Source: Dehalococcoidia bacterium (GTDB lineage Bacteria > Chloroflexota > Dehalococcoidia > Plut-88900). Taken from it: a stretch of DNA of 64,000 nucleotides. This document shows, piece by piece, positions 1 through 11,035 of the stretch. Each line of letters opens with the position of its first letter. Within the stretch, counting starts at the first letter, position 1. Where the stretch lies: assembly GCA_965197645.1 (NCBI GenBank), contig OZ240219.1, positions 1,440,001 to 1,504,000 on the forward strand. Reading direction: 5' to 3'. The notes below the pieces were generated by a model. The model saw only the letters and a program-made list of their open reading frames with translations. It was not told where the DNA came from and did no database searches. The translations under genes and the position numbers were made by a program.

Positions 1-2
1 TC

Positions 3-761
3 TCTCTGGGCGGCAAATACGATGGCGAATCGGCCATCCTGGCGGTCCACGCCGGAGCCGGCGGCACCGATTCTCAGGACTGGACCGAGATCCTGCTCCG
101 CATGTACACCCGTTGGGCCGACGGCAGGGGGCGCCCGTCCAGGATACTGGACATCTCACCGGGCGAAGAGGCCGGCATCAAGAGCGTCACCCTGGAGATA
201 GATGGAGCCTTCGCCTACGGGTATCTGAAATCGGAGAGGGGGGTGCATCGCCTGGTACGCATCTCCCCCTTTGACGCCTCCCACAGCAGGCACACCTCCT
301 TCGCGCTGGTTGAAGTGCTTCCCCGGGTCGAAGAGGACGTGGACGTGGTGGTTTCTCCCGACGACATCAAGATGGACGTGTTCAAGGCCAGCGGCGCCGG
401 AGGGCAGCACGTGCAGAAGAACTTGACCGCCGTCCGGATAACCCACCTGCCGACGGGCATGGTGGTGACCTGCCAGAACGAGCGTTCCCAGCTTCAGAAC
501 CGGGAGACGGCCATGAGGATTTTGAAGGCTCGCTTGTTGGAAAAGGAGCTGGAGAAGCGCGCCGTAGAACAGGCGAAGCTGAAGGGAGAACACGTGGAGG
601 CGGGGTGGGGCAACCAGATCAGGTCCTATGTCCTGCATCCCTACAAGCTGGTGCAAGACTATCGCTCCAAGTACGAATCGACGAACCCGGAGGCGATATT
701 GGACGGAGACCTGGACGAGTTGCTGAATGCCAGTCTGAAATCGAGTATCGGGGCCAAGTAG
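3..761 (+). CDS. prfB: Peptide chain release factor 2 (5'-truncated by window edge)
   Basis: The frame is open from position 3 (SLGGKYDGESAILAVHAGAGGTDSQDW...). It has the RF2-specific SPF tripeptide (RISPFD), the GGQ motif (SGAGGQHV) and WGNQIRSYV. Confidence 0.97.
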   Translation, partial: SLGGKYDGESAILAVHAGAGGTDSQDWTEILLRMYTRWADGRGRPSRILDISPGEEAGIKSVTLEIDGAFAYGYLKSERGVHRLVRISPFDASHSRHTSFALVEVLPRVEEDVDVVVSPDDIKMDVFKASGAGGQHVQKNLTAVRITHLPTGMVVTCQNERSQLQNRETAMRILKARLLEKELEKRAVEQAKLKGEHVEAGWGNQIRSYVLHPYKLVQDYRSKYESTNPEAILDGDLDELLNASLKSSIGAK

Positions 762-989
762 CCGGCAGGGCCGGCAGGCGGCGCCCGCATTGAGGCCTGC
801 TGGAAGTTGTAGAGCTCGTCAGATGACGGGACGACTCTGCTCCCGACGCAATTGGCCCCCTTCCTCAACCCGCGTTCCCCCCGTCAACTCTGGCAAATCC
901 CGGGAGTCCGGAGGGTTTCTTTCCCTTGATGGCAGGTCAGGGTTCAGTTAGGAATCCGACTGGGAATGTCGGTATCTCCGTTTCCAATT

Positions 990-1055
990 GCCGGGGGGGG
1001 GCTTGGGGGATGTTCCCCCAGCTAACAAAACCGGCCGAGGGCGGGTGGTCGGGAG
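990..1055 (+). repeat. Dispersed intergenic repeat (GGGGG-TTGGGGG..GT.CCCCCAG...AGGGCGGGTGG..GGGA type)
   Basis: Similar to the reverse complement of 51699-51759; has an internal GGGGG/CCCCC hairpin. Confidence 0.55.
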
Positions 1056-1100
1056 CCAAGTATCGGTTTGGCAAGGAGAGTGTGCGATGAGGCACAACGG

Positions 1101-2561
1101 ATGAACACTACAGGCTGGGAGGACGACTACAAGCGGAAGACCGTTTCCCCGGAACAGGCGGTCCGGGCCATCAAATCGGGAGACAACGTTATCTTCCCCA
1201 ACGTGTACATCGGAATACTGCCGCATGCCATAGTCGGTCGCCGAGGGGAGTTGCGGAATGTAACCATCGACTGTTCCGCGCCCTTTTACGACCCGGGATG
1301 GTTTTCACCGGGCATGGAGGAATCGTTCACCCCGGTCATACGCACATTCTTGTATGCGATGCGCTACGTCCACGATGCGGGATGGGTCCCATTTCTTCCC
1401 TACACCCATGGCACATGGATCAAACCCCATCGGGACAATCGGTCGACAAAGCGGGATATCGACGTGTTCATCGTAGAGGTCTCGACACCGGACGAGAACG
1501 GGTTCTGCTATTTTGGCCGGGGTGTCTGGGAAAGCGCTTACTTCGCCAAGCACGCCAATACGATGATTGCGGAGGTAGATGCGGATCTGGTCAGGCCTCG
1601 AGGAGATGCGTCGGTCCATGTTTCAGAGATCGACTATGTAGTCGATATCACAGCCGACCCGTTGAGCCAAACTGAAGTGGAGCGACTGGTCAGCCGCATT
1701 CCTGAGGTGAAGCGGGAGAGAGCTCGAAGGTACGTTACCGCTATGGAACCCAGGCTGGCACGCGCGATACTGCCCATCGTAGACGATGTGGACGTCGGCA
1801 AGTTGGAAGGAGCGCTGTACGTCGACAGCCCGACAGAGGTGATGAAATCGATAGCCGAGAACCTGAAGCCGGTCCTGCGAGACGGAGACACTATACAGAT
1901 CGGGGCCGGCAGTCACACCCGGCACCTGGTGCAGCTTGGGGTCTTCGACCACCTGAACGATCTGGGCATCTTTTCCGAGATGGCGTGTCCCGGCATGGCT
2001 TTCCTCGTGGAACGCGGCATCGCGACGAGTAGATATGCCGAGCTACATCCCGGCAAGGCGGTCTTTACCAGCTTCCTGGGTATGCTTCCGGATGAGACGA
2101 AATGGGCAGGCGATAATCCCTTGTTCGAGCTGCATCCCGGCGAGCATGTTGTCAACATTACCAACATCGCCAGGCAAGACAACATAGTCGCCATCAACAA
2201 CGCAGTGCAGATAGACCTGACCGGCCAGATAACCTGTGAATCGCAGTTTGGGCCGCGGCTGCTAAACGGGGCGGGGGGGCAGATCGAGTTTCATATCGGA
2301 GCTTTTCTATCGGCCGGTGGTCGGGCTGTTACACTGCTGCCGTCGACCTGGGGAGATCCGGCGGTATCGACCATCGTTCCCTACTTCGATAGCGGCACCC
2401 TCGTAACCCTCTCGAGATACTGGGCCGACTACGTGGTGACCGAGTGGGGTGTCGCCCAACTGGCAGGCAGAACTCACCGCGAGCGCGCCCGGGAGTTGAT
2501 AGCGATAGCCCACCCCAAGTTCAGGAGCGAGCTGACGGAAGCGGCACAGAACATACATTGA
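1101..2561 (+). CDS. Acetyl-CoA hydrolase / 4-hydroxybutyrate CoA-transferase family protein
   Basis: Motifs include W...Y..K..S.EQAV, VSTPDENGFC, DGDTIQIG.G, FSEM (catalytic Glu), INNAVQIDLTGQ, GAGGQ and DYVVTEWGVAQL.G...ERA..LI.IAHP.FR. ATG at 1101 preferred over the track start at 1068. Confidence 0.9.
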   Translation: MNTTGWEDDYKRKTVSPEQAVRAIKSGDNVIFPNVYIGILPHAIVGRRGELRNVTIDCSAPFYDPGWFSPGMEESFTPVIRTFLYAMRYVHDAGWVPFLPYTHGTWIKPHRDNRSTKRDIDVFIVEVSTPDENGFCYFGRGVWESAYFAKHANTMIAEVDADLVRPRGDASVHVSEIDYVVDITADPLSQTEVERLVSRIPEVKRERARRYVTAMEPRLARAILPIVDDVDVGKLEGALYVDSPTEVMKSIAENLKPVLRDGDTIQIGAGSHTRHLVQLGVFDHLNDLGIFSEMACPGMAFLVERGIATSRYAELHPGKAVFTSFLGMLPDETKWAGDNPLFELHPGEHVVNITNIARQDNIVAINNAVQIDLTGQITCESQFGPRLLNGAGGQIEFHIGAFLSAGGRAVTLLPSTWGDPAVSTIVPYFDSGTLVTLSRYWADYVVTEWGVAQLAGRTHRERARELIAIAHPKFRSELTEAAQNIH

Positions 2562-2677
2562 AAGCCCCGTCCGCTTCCTGATAACGGACTGGTAAGCCGT
2601 CCTTGTCCCGGGGGCTTAAGCGACGCTTCGATGATCGTCTAGCCTGGCGCAGACGCCGCGCGGCGTCGACCGAGGCG

Positions 2678-3322
2678 TTAAGTCGACTGGCCTCCCTCTT
2701 CCTCGGCGGAGGCGCGGCGTACCTCCAGCAGCCGTTGGAAGGCGGTCAGGTAGGACAGGACCGATAGCACCCACAGGGCCAAACGGACTCTACCCAGGAG
2801 CAGGCCCAGGGCAAGGATGATCGTACGTTCGCTGCGTGTCAGGACGCCAACGTCGCACTTGATGCCTACGCTCTCGGAGCGGGCCCGGATGTAGCTGACC
2901 AGTACCGATCCCAGCAAGGTGCCGTAGACCAGGAACGTCTTTAAGGTAGATCCCTTTCGGGCGTACTGGACCAGCAACCCGGAGAGGACCGCTCCCTCGG
3001 AGAACCGGTCCATAGTGGCGTCCAGCACCAGGCCGAACTTGGTCGACTGGCCGGTAAGCCTGGCCAAAGCGCCATCGAGAGCGTCCATCACTCCGGCGGC
3101 CAAGACCAGAACCCCACCCCTTTTTGGATGGCCGCGAGCGATAGTATGCCCCGCCGCCATCCCCAACAACGCTCCGGCGATGGTAACCTTGTTTGGGGTG
3201 ACACCCAGTCCCGCCAGAAGGCCCGCCGCAGGCTCGGTGAAGTTCTTGGTCAGGATCTCCTTGGCCTTCTCCCGCAGGATACGAGCGTTCAGGGGCGGAT
3301 GTTTATCTTGGGTTGGCGCCAT
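2678..3322 (-). CDS. CDP-alcohol phosphatidyltransferase (phosphatidylinositol-phosphate synthase-like)
   Basis: Signature D..DG..AR...G..D..D (DALDGALARLTGQSTKFGLVLDATMDRFSE), TPN.VT and VSYIRAR.E; last gene of the ino1 operon. Confidence 0.9.
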   Translation of the reverse strand: MAPTQDKHPPLNARILREKAKEILTKNFTEPAAGLLAGLGVTPNKVTIAGALLGMAAGHTIARGHPKRGGVLVLAAGVMDALDGALARLTGQSTKFGLVLDATMDRFSEGAVLSGLLVQYARKGSTLKTFLVYGTLLGSVLVSYIRARSESVGIKCDVGVLTRSERTIILALGLLLGRVRLALWVLSVLSYLTAFQRLLEVRRASAEEEGGQST

Positions 3323-3342
3323 CTTGGTTGATCCGGCCGAGG

Positions 3343-4515
3343 CTAGGAGGAGGCCGCCGGCACCGGCTCCAACCGGGGGATAGGTGTGTCCTGGTAGACG
3401 GACATGACCCTATTTGCCACCTTCGGCCAGCTGTACTCCTGTACGTTGCGCAGGCCTCGCCCACCCAGCTTGAGTCGCAGATCTCGATCTTCTATGAGCT
3501 TGGCGAGGGTCTCCGCCAGCTCCGCGTCCCGTTTGGGCGGCACCAGGAATCCCTCTTCGCCATCCACCATGACATCGTCATAGCCCCTGATCCGGGAGGC
3601 GACTATTGGTGTGCCGGTGGCCATCGCTTCCAGGAGCACTATGCCGAAGCTCTCGTTGCCCGTGGTAGGGGCACAGAAGATATCGGCGGTTTTGTAGTAT
3701 CTGGGGAGGTCCTCGTAGGATGCGGCGCCTGCAATCACCACGTCTTCAGGGCTTCGCTCTCCTATCAGCCGCTCCGAGTCGGGGTCCAGCTTGCCCGGCC
3801 CGACCACTATGAGCCTGATGTTGGGGTAGTCCCACTTGAGCCGGGTGTAAGCCGCCAGCAGGTACCTGAGCCCCTTCCGCTTCTCCAGACGCCCGACGAA
3901 CAGGATGTTCACCTTGCCGTCCAGGTACTGCTCGAAGGGCTCTGCGTTAGGGGTATAGTGGTCCAGGTCTATTCCGTTGGGGATGATCTGATAATCGCTG
4001 GGGAAGTGGTTGGCCACGAAATCCCGAGCGGCGGCGGAGACCGCTATCTTGGCGTACAGCTTGTCCAGCCAGTGGCTGCGAACGTAGCTGTTGAAGATGG
4101 TGTACATCCTATCGGCGAAGGACACCCCCAGTATGCGTCGGCTGCCGTGAGAGGCGTGAAAGGTGCCGATGTTTCGAGCGGTGGAAAACTTCAGGATAGT
4201 TGTTGGCAAGGTGGGGCAGAGGGGTTCGTGAAGATGTATAACGTCGAACTTCTCCCGCTCCAGGAGTGGTTTCACCTTGGGGGCAAGCCGCATGGAGAGG
4301 GTGAGCCGTGCCAGGGTGCCGGCGCTGGGGATGGTGAGGGGCATACCCAGGGGTATCAGCATCTCACCGCCGAAGGTGGCAGGTGGGCGGGAGCACGGGG
4401 CAATGATCTTTACCTCGTGCCCCATGCGGGTGAACTCCTGGGCCAGGTGTGCGCAGTGCAGGTTCACTCCACCCGGATGACCGAAGTCGTAGATGGACAC
4501 TATCGCTATTTTCAA
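3343..4515 (-). CDS. pimA: GT4 glycosyltransferase, phosphatidyl-myo-inositol mannosyltransferase PimA-like
   Basis: N-terminal Y.F..PGGV..H, HLHEP..P, GTFH, RKG and ESFGIVLLEAMA.G closely follow PimA motifs; operon context supports the call. Confidence 0.75.
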   Translation of the reverse strand: MKIAIVSIYDFGHPGGVNLHCAHLAQEFTRMGHEVKIIAPCSRPPATFGGEMLIPLGMPLTIPSAGTLARLTLSMRLAPKVKPLLEREKFDVIHLHEPLCPTLPTTILKFSTARNIGTFHASHGSRRILGVSFADRMYTIFNSYVRSHWLDKLYAKIAVSAAARDFVANHFPSDYQIIPNGIDLDHYTPNAEPFEQYLDGKVNILFVGRLEKRKGLRYLLAAYTRLKWDYPNIRLIVVGPGKLDPDSERLIGERSPEDVVIAGAASYEDLPRYYKTADIFCAPTTGNESFGIVLLEAMATGTPIVASRIRGYDDVMVDGEEGFLVPPKRDAELAETLAKLIEDRDLRLKLGGRGLRNVQEYSWPKVANRVMSVYQDTPIPRLEPVPAASS

Positions 4516-5510
4516 GATCGTGATAGTCCGCTGGACAAGGTTGCCGGCGTCTTACCGCCGTTTCGAGATTTGGCTGGTTGAAGTATACCAGCACCGTTGA
4601 GAGGTCGAGCGGGCTGGGTCTCCCATATCGGATCGAAAACTACCCACTGCCCAGGAAAGCGCCTGATGTACTTCTCCATCAGGGCGACTATCCTGGCGAA
4701 CAGCTGGCTGCTGGCTTCGGGCCCGCCGCCGTTGGCGGACGCCTCTATGGGCGGTTCGAAGTAGAAGACCGAGTGGTTGTCCTTGAGCCTGGCCGTGAAG
4801 GCGGGGACTATGGAGGCCCCGGTACGATGGGCCAGCTTGACGGCGCCCACCGGCAGCAGAGCCGGTTTGCCCATAAACTCGGTCAAGACGCCGCTTCCCT
4901 GGATGGCCCTATCGCAGGCGATAGCCACCACCTCACCCCGTTTCAGCCGCTGGATCGCCGTTTTGAGGCCGGAATATGTGACGGGCAACAGGGACATCCC
5001 GTTGTGCCCGCGCAGCCGTCTACTGAGCCTATCCAGACTGGGCGGCTCCAGCACCTCGCTCAAGATGGTAAGTTTGATGGAGCGGGCCTGGATGACCTGC
5101 ACCGCCACGTCCATGTTGCCCATGTGGACCGAAGCCAGCAGGACGCCGCGGCCTCTTGCGATGGCCTTCTCCAGGTGGTGCCAGCCGTGGACGGTAAGTT
5201 TGTTCTCGGAAGAATCGGCGTCGAATCGAGGCAGCCTGATCATGTCCAGCCAGTTTCGGCCGGCGTTTCGGAAGACCTCCCGGGTGACGTGACTGACCCT
5301 GCCGTCGGTCACGTTCGGGCCCAGGACGTGCCTGACGTTGGAGGAGATGCTTGCCCGGGAGCGGTGATCTAGCAGGAAGCTAAAATCTGATATTGCCCGG
5401 GTCATCAGGTAGCCCAGCCTGGGAGGAAGGGGCGCCAGGACCACCAGGCCGGTGAGCGTAGCCCAGTATTTCCACCGCGGCGGTTTCGGTTTGGAGGTAC
5501 TGTTAGCCAC
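4512..5510 (-). CDS. Lipid A lauroyltransferase-family acyltransferase (PatA-like PIM acyltransferase)
   Basis: H.GN.D catalytic motif (HMGNMD), GRGVLL, CDR, F.G....P.GA..LA..TGA and P.QW..F; GTG start with RBS. Confidence 0.85.
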   Translation of the reverse strand: MANSTSKPKPPRWKYWATLTGLVVLAPLPPRLGYLMTRAISDFSFLLDHRSRASISSNVRHVLGPNVTDGRVSHVTREVFRNAGRNWLDMIRLPRFDADSSENKLTVHGWHHLEKAIARGRGVLLASVHMGNMDVAVQVIQARSIKLTILSEVLEPPSLDRLSRRLRGHNGMSLLPVTYSGLKTAIQRLKRGEVVAIACDRAIQGSGVLTEFMGKPALLPVGAVKLAHRTGASIVPAFTARLKDNHSVFYFEPPIEASANGGGPEASSQLFARIVALMEKYIRRFPGQWVVFDPIWETQPARPLNGAGILQPAKSRNGGKTPATLSSGLSRS

Positions 5511-5574
5511 CTTTTCTCCGGGTGTCCAGTCTCCAGAAGCGGTGTCTCTTCTATCTGACCCGGATACCGTAACG

Positions 5575-6657
5575 CTACTCGACGTGCCCGTTCTGGTTGA
5601 TGAAGTCCTCCACCATCTCCCGGGCCTCGTCGTCGGTGTGCTGAATGGGAGGCGATTTCATGAAGTAGGCCGATGGGGCCTCCAGCGTGCCGCCGATGCC
5701 CCGGTCCAGAGCTACCTTGCAGCAGCGAATGGCGTCTATCACCACCCCGGCCGAGTTGGGGCTGTCCCACACCTCCAGCTTCAACTCCAGGTTCAGGGGT
5801 ACGTCCCCGAAGGTCCGGCCCTCCATGCGGATGTAGCACCACTTCCGGTCCTCCAGCCACGGCACGTAGTCGCTGGGGCCGATGTGGATGTTGGAGGCTC
5901 CGATATCGTAATCCAGTTGTGAAACGACGGAGTTGGTCTTGGAGATCTTCTTGGAGTGCAGCCGGTCTCGCTCCAGCATGTTGAGGAAGTCGGTGTTGCC
6001 TCCGAAGTTGAGCTGGTAGGTCTTCTCCAGCTTGACGCCCCGGTCTTGGAACAGCCTGGTCAGGACCCGATGGGAGATGGTGGCGCCTACCTGGGACTTG
6101 ATGTCATCCCCGATGACGGGCAGGCCCTTCTCAGCGAACCGGTTCTGCCAGTACTGCTCTCTGCCTATGAAGACAGGCACGCAGTTGATGAAGGCGCACC
6201 CGGCGGAGAGGACCTGTTCGACATACCACTTGGTGGCCTCCTCGCTGCCCACGGGCAGGTAGTTGACTACCACGTCCGTCTCCCGCTCCCGAAGGATCTG
6301 GGCGATATCGGCGGTAGAGCCGGGGGCTTTGGTTATGGTCTCGGAGAGGTACTTGCCCAGGCCGTCGTGGGTCATGCCCCGTTCTACCGTCACCTGCATA
6401 GGAGGGACATCGCAGAACTTGACGGTGTTGTTTTGCCCGGCGAAGACCGCCTCGGACAGGTCCTTGCCCACCTTCTCCTTATCCACATCGAACGCGGCTA
6501 CGATGTTGATGTCGGAGATGGGATAGCCGCCCAGCTCAGGATGCATGAGGCCGGGGATGAAGTCCCCGTTAGTGGCGTTCTTGTAATAGTAGATGCCCTG
6601 GACCAGCGATGAGGCACAGTTGCCCACGCCGACGATTGCGACGTTGATCTTGCTCAA
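5575..6657 (-). CDS. ino1: myo-inositol-1-phosphate synthase
   Basis: [57 protein letters not shown] and [13 protein letters not shown] start at 6657 follows a GGAGG RBS. Confidence 0.96.
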   Translation of the reverse strand: MSKINVAIVGVGNCASSLVQGIYYYKNATNGDFIPGLMHPELGGYPISDINIVAAFDVDKEKVGKDLSEAVFAGQNNTVKFCDVPPMQVTVERGMTHDGLGKYLSETITKAPGSTADIAQILRERETDVVVNYLPVGSEEATKWYVEQVLSAGCAFINCVPVFIGREQYWQNRFAEKGLPVIGDDIKSQVGATISHRVLTRLFQDRGVKLEKTYQLNFGGNTDFLNMLERDRLHSKKISKTNSVVSQLDYDIGASNIHIGPSDYVPWLEDRKWCYIRMEGRTFGDVPLNLELKLEVWDSPNSAGVVIDAIRCCKVALDRGIGGTLEAPSAYFMKSPPIQHTDDEAREMVEDFINQNGHVE

Positions 6658-7035
6658 GTTGTTCCTCCAGTTTACGCGGCTTCGACGGCGAGGGTCTCTC
6701 GAGGTTATTCCTCTGAGAGGCCCCATCCCCCGTTGGGCAGACCCGATGGGGTCACACCCGTCGCTGGCTCACCTCCTGCGTCAAGGGGAACGGCCGTATG
6801 ATAGACACAGTAAATCTACATATTCAGTTGGGTGTTGGTCAGGCTTGTCGCGCCTCTCTGGGCTGCGACCCGGTCCGGGAAGTAGGAGATGCCCCGGTAG
6901 AGCGAAGATATTTTATTAGGACTTGTCTATAGTTGTGTCTGCGCCAGAGGCCGATCGACCATTTAGGTTGCTGCGGCCGTTGCGCCCGTTATCCCGGCGC
7001 CGCTTGGCAGGGATGTTCCTTATCGAGTGCGCACG

Positions 7036-7065
7036 AATATACTCGGTGAGGACTGGAACTGTCAA
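7036..7065 (-). promoter_or_regulatory. Putative sigma70 promoter for the ino1 operon
   Basis: Minus strand TTGACA-18 nt-TATATT, divergent from the rRNA promoter. Confidence 0.5.
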
Positions 7066-7163
7066 GGCCAATCGGTATTATGCGCAAACGTCCGAAGGTG
7101 GCGTGGCGGCCAAGCCCCGAGTACGGAAGGGAATAACGAGCCGGGAAGACGGTTGAATTTGTA

Positions 7164-7193
7164 TTGACATCGGTTTCGAGGGCGTGATAGGCT
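7164..7193 (+). promoter_or_regulatory. Putative rRNA promoter
   Basis: TTGACA (7164-7169) with an extended -10 TGaTAGGCT (7185-7193) and an AT-rich upstream stretch, just before the 16S leader. Confidence 0.65.
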
Positions 7194-7210
7194 TATAGCT
7201 GTTCTCAGCA

Positions 7211-7237
7211 CCTTAACAACTGGATAGTGGAAGGAAG
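7211..7237 (+). other. 5' arm of 16S processing stem
   Basis: CCTTAACAACTGGATAGTGGAAGGAAG is nearly perfectly complementary to 8972-8998. Confidence 0.85.
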
Positions 7238-7262
7238 TCTACGGTAAGAAAAAGCCAACGTA

Positions 7263-8877
<1,615 letters not shown>

Positions 8878-8971
8878 GGGAGCTATTCCTTCCCTAACCG
8901 GAAGGACACTCCTAGGTCGATCTCTCCGGTCCTCGGACCGGAGGGTCACAAAATCCCGCCAAGGGCGGGTC

Positions 8972-8998
8972 CTTCCTTCCACTATCCAGCTGTTAAGG
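8972..8998 (+). other. 3' arm of 16S processing stem
   Basis: CTTCCTTCCACTATCCAGCTGTTAAGG pairs with 7211-7237. Confidence 0.85.
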
Positions 8999-9013
8999 TT
9001 TCAGCAGGGCAAC

Positions 9014-9048
9014 AAAGCGGGGCGGCATTGCCGCCCCGCTTTACTTTT
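9014..9048 (+). terminator. Intrinsic terminator after 16S
   Basis: Perfect hairpin AAAGCGGGGCGGC-ATT-GCCGCCCCGCTTT followed by ACTTTT. Confidence 0.85.
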
Positions 9049-9097
9049 GGTTATGGGCCGGACCAACCTCAGGTGTTAGACTCGCTGCAAGAGGGGG

Positions 9098-11035
9098 GTG
9101 AGTATGTCTGACGTTGACAGCATCAAGAATCTCATCAACGGCGATCCCACGTATGATGAGCTGCATCGACTCATACATGAAGGCGATAGGTTGATTGCGG
9201 AGTACATAGATGCTCAGGATGAAGACCTAGGCAATCGACTGAAACATGTACTAGACAACGCTGCAGTCATCCTGACCGGCCGTGATTTGAGCTGGGCGTT
9301 GTCAGACCTAGATTCATCAGGGACGTTTTCGGATGGCAAACTTAGTGAAGATGCAGATGTTGAGAAGTTCCTCGGAAGGTTGTTGCCATTGTTGGGGTTG
9401 ATGGAGCAACTTAAACATGTTGGCGAGAATCCTTGGTATGTTGAGGACTTAACCGAAGCTAAACTGCGCTTGAAACTCAACCCGCGCGATCAGGAAGCCG
9501 GGAAAGCTCTGTTGGAACTAGCGACAATCTCTCCTGGAAAGTTGTTTGGAATCACGGAGGGCCGCGGCGAGAGGGGTTTTCAAATAGCTACTGTTAGCCC
9601 TGCCGGTGCATTTTTCTGGAGCCTTCTTCCACTCTTGAAAGGGGATTGGCGATCTATTGGTGCGGGTTTCCCCCCGGGGTTGAAGCCGTGGCTGCTGGAT
9701 TCTCTAGAATATCTAGAGGCAAAGTATCGCCCGATCTCCGAACCTGATGCGGACAGGGGCACCGTAATCCTTGACTTTGCTTACCTTTCCGCAGCCTATG
9801 GCCTGATTCTATTCAAGCAAGAGGCGTCCTATTCCGAGGAATCGATCAAGGCCTTCGAGGAGAGCTTCCGGGCCTATTTCAGCGTCTATCATGAAATCGG
9901 CGTCCGGGCAGTCAAGGATAGGCACAGAGATTCGGAAATCTACCATCAGGCGACGCTTCAAGTCCTTGTGGGTCTGCACCTGTCCAGGATCAGGGCTGGA
10001 GAACAGGATTGGACGGAGGCGATACAGATGTATGCTCACGCCCTCGCCTGTCTAGATGCTGTAACAGGAACCGACTACGATCAGGTCGTGCAGCTTGATA
10101 TCTTCAAGGAAGAGTATGCGGGCCTCCGCCAAATAGGGGATGAGGAGCCAATCCCGATATACGATTACATGATAGTTAACGAATGGGAACGGCACAGGCA
10201 ATCCATGAACAAGGATGCCGCGAGAGCCTTTGGGCACCTCAGGCAAACCTCCGGCAGTGGTGTGTCCTGGCAGGAAGTCTCAGATCATGTCCATATGATA
10301 TGCAGCGCGATGGAATCCGAATTCGTGGACCCCGACTCGGAACTCCGGCCATATTGGATGGAGGCCCAGGGGTGGCTGCGAGGCTCAAAGCTGGAACCGG
10401 GCGAGCTGAGAGACGAGTTGAGACGGGAGGAAGACGAAAAGGCTGAACAGCGTCTCAGGCGTTACTTCTTCGACAACGCTCAATGGAGTGCGCTGCCCGA
10501 ACGCGCCCAAAGGAATCTCGTGGAGGCGGATAGGGTCTGGTATTCCCACCGACTCGGCAACCCCGGCGCGGCACTGGAAAACATCAAGATTGCCGTGGAA
10601 GAAGTAATGCACGACCTGTTCTGGGAACCCTGTTGCCAGTGGATCGACACAGGCGGACCAACGGGGTTTGAAAAGCTCGATATTGATGATTTCGAGAAAA
10701 TCAGGGAAACTTTGAAAGAGCCGCAGAAAAACCCGTCTCTTCTCGAATTCGAGAGCATGGTCGAGTCCAAGGGACTGACCCGCTTCCTTCAGACTTTGGA
10801 CCTCTCCGATTACGATCGAAGTTTTGTGCGCAAGCTCCGTAAGTCTCTTCGGTCCCTCCGCGAGACACGCAACCAAGTCACGCACGATGTCGGTGGCCCT
10901 ACTCTCAATCGCGGGCAAGTGGCACCCCTCTACAAGACATTCATGGGGTTAGGGCAGGAGGGGATTCTGCCTCGGCTGGCAAGAATCAAGGCGGATTTGG
11001 AGAGAAGGGACTCGTTGCCCACTCCGCGGGGCTAG
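9098..11035 (+). CDS. Large helical (TPR-like) protein with C-terminal HEPN-like domain
   Basis: 645-aa ORF with a TPR-like helical segment (WTEAIQMYAHAL). The C-terminus has a W..L.....L..A...IKIAVEE helix and LRETRNQVTHD (RxxxxH). Codon usage looks more AT-rich than neighbouring genes. Confidence 0.6.
   Translation: MSMSDVDSIKNLINGDPTYDELHRLIHEGDRLIAEYIDAQDEDLGNRLKHVLDNAAVILTGRDLSWALSDLDSSGTFSDGKLSEDADVEKFLGRLLPLLGLMEQLKHVGENPWYVEDLTEAKLRLKLNPRDQEAGKALLELATISPGKLFGITEGRGERGFQIATVSPAGAFFWSLLPLLKGDWRSIGAGFPPGLKPWLLDSLEYLEAKYRPISEPDADRGTVILDFAYLSAAYGLILFKQEASYSEESIKAFEESFRAYFSVYHEIGVRAVKDRHRDSEIYHQATLQVLVGLHLSRIRAGEQDWTEAIQMYAHALACLDAVTGTDYDQVVQLDIFKEEYAGLRQIGDEEPIPIYDYMIVNEWERHRQSMNKDAARAFGHLRQTSGSGVSWQEVSDHVHMICSAMESEFVDPDSELRPYWMEAQGWLRGSKLEPGELRDELRREEDEKAEQRLRRYFFDNAQWSALPERAQRNLVEADRVWYSHRLGNPGAALENIKIAVEEVMHDLFWEPCCQWIDTGGPTGFEKLDIDDFEKIRETLKEPQKNPSLLEFESMVESKGLTRFLQTLDLSDYDRSFVRKLRKSLRSLRETRNQVTHDVGGPTLNRGQVAPLYKTFMGLGQEGILPRLARIKADLERRDSLPTPRG

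Noticed and set aside
1-101. prfB programmed +1 frameshift site
   Set aside because: The site would be near the gene start, upstream of the window, so it cannot be assessed.
3313-4581. Long antisense ORFs (e.g. 3313-4581, 14159-15499, 32342-33265, 50389-51363, 55098-56000)
   Set aside because: They are shadow ORFs opposite well-supported genes, expected in high-GC DNA, with no recognisable motifs.
6800-6940. NrdR-box-like AT-rich motifs upstream of ino1
   Set aside because: They match the consensus only partially and the downstream genes are unrelated to nucleotide reduction.
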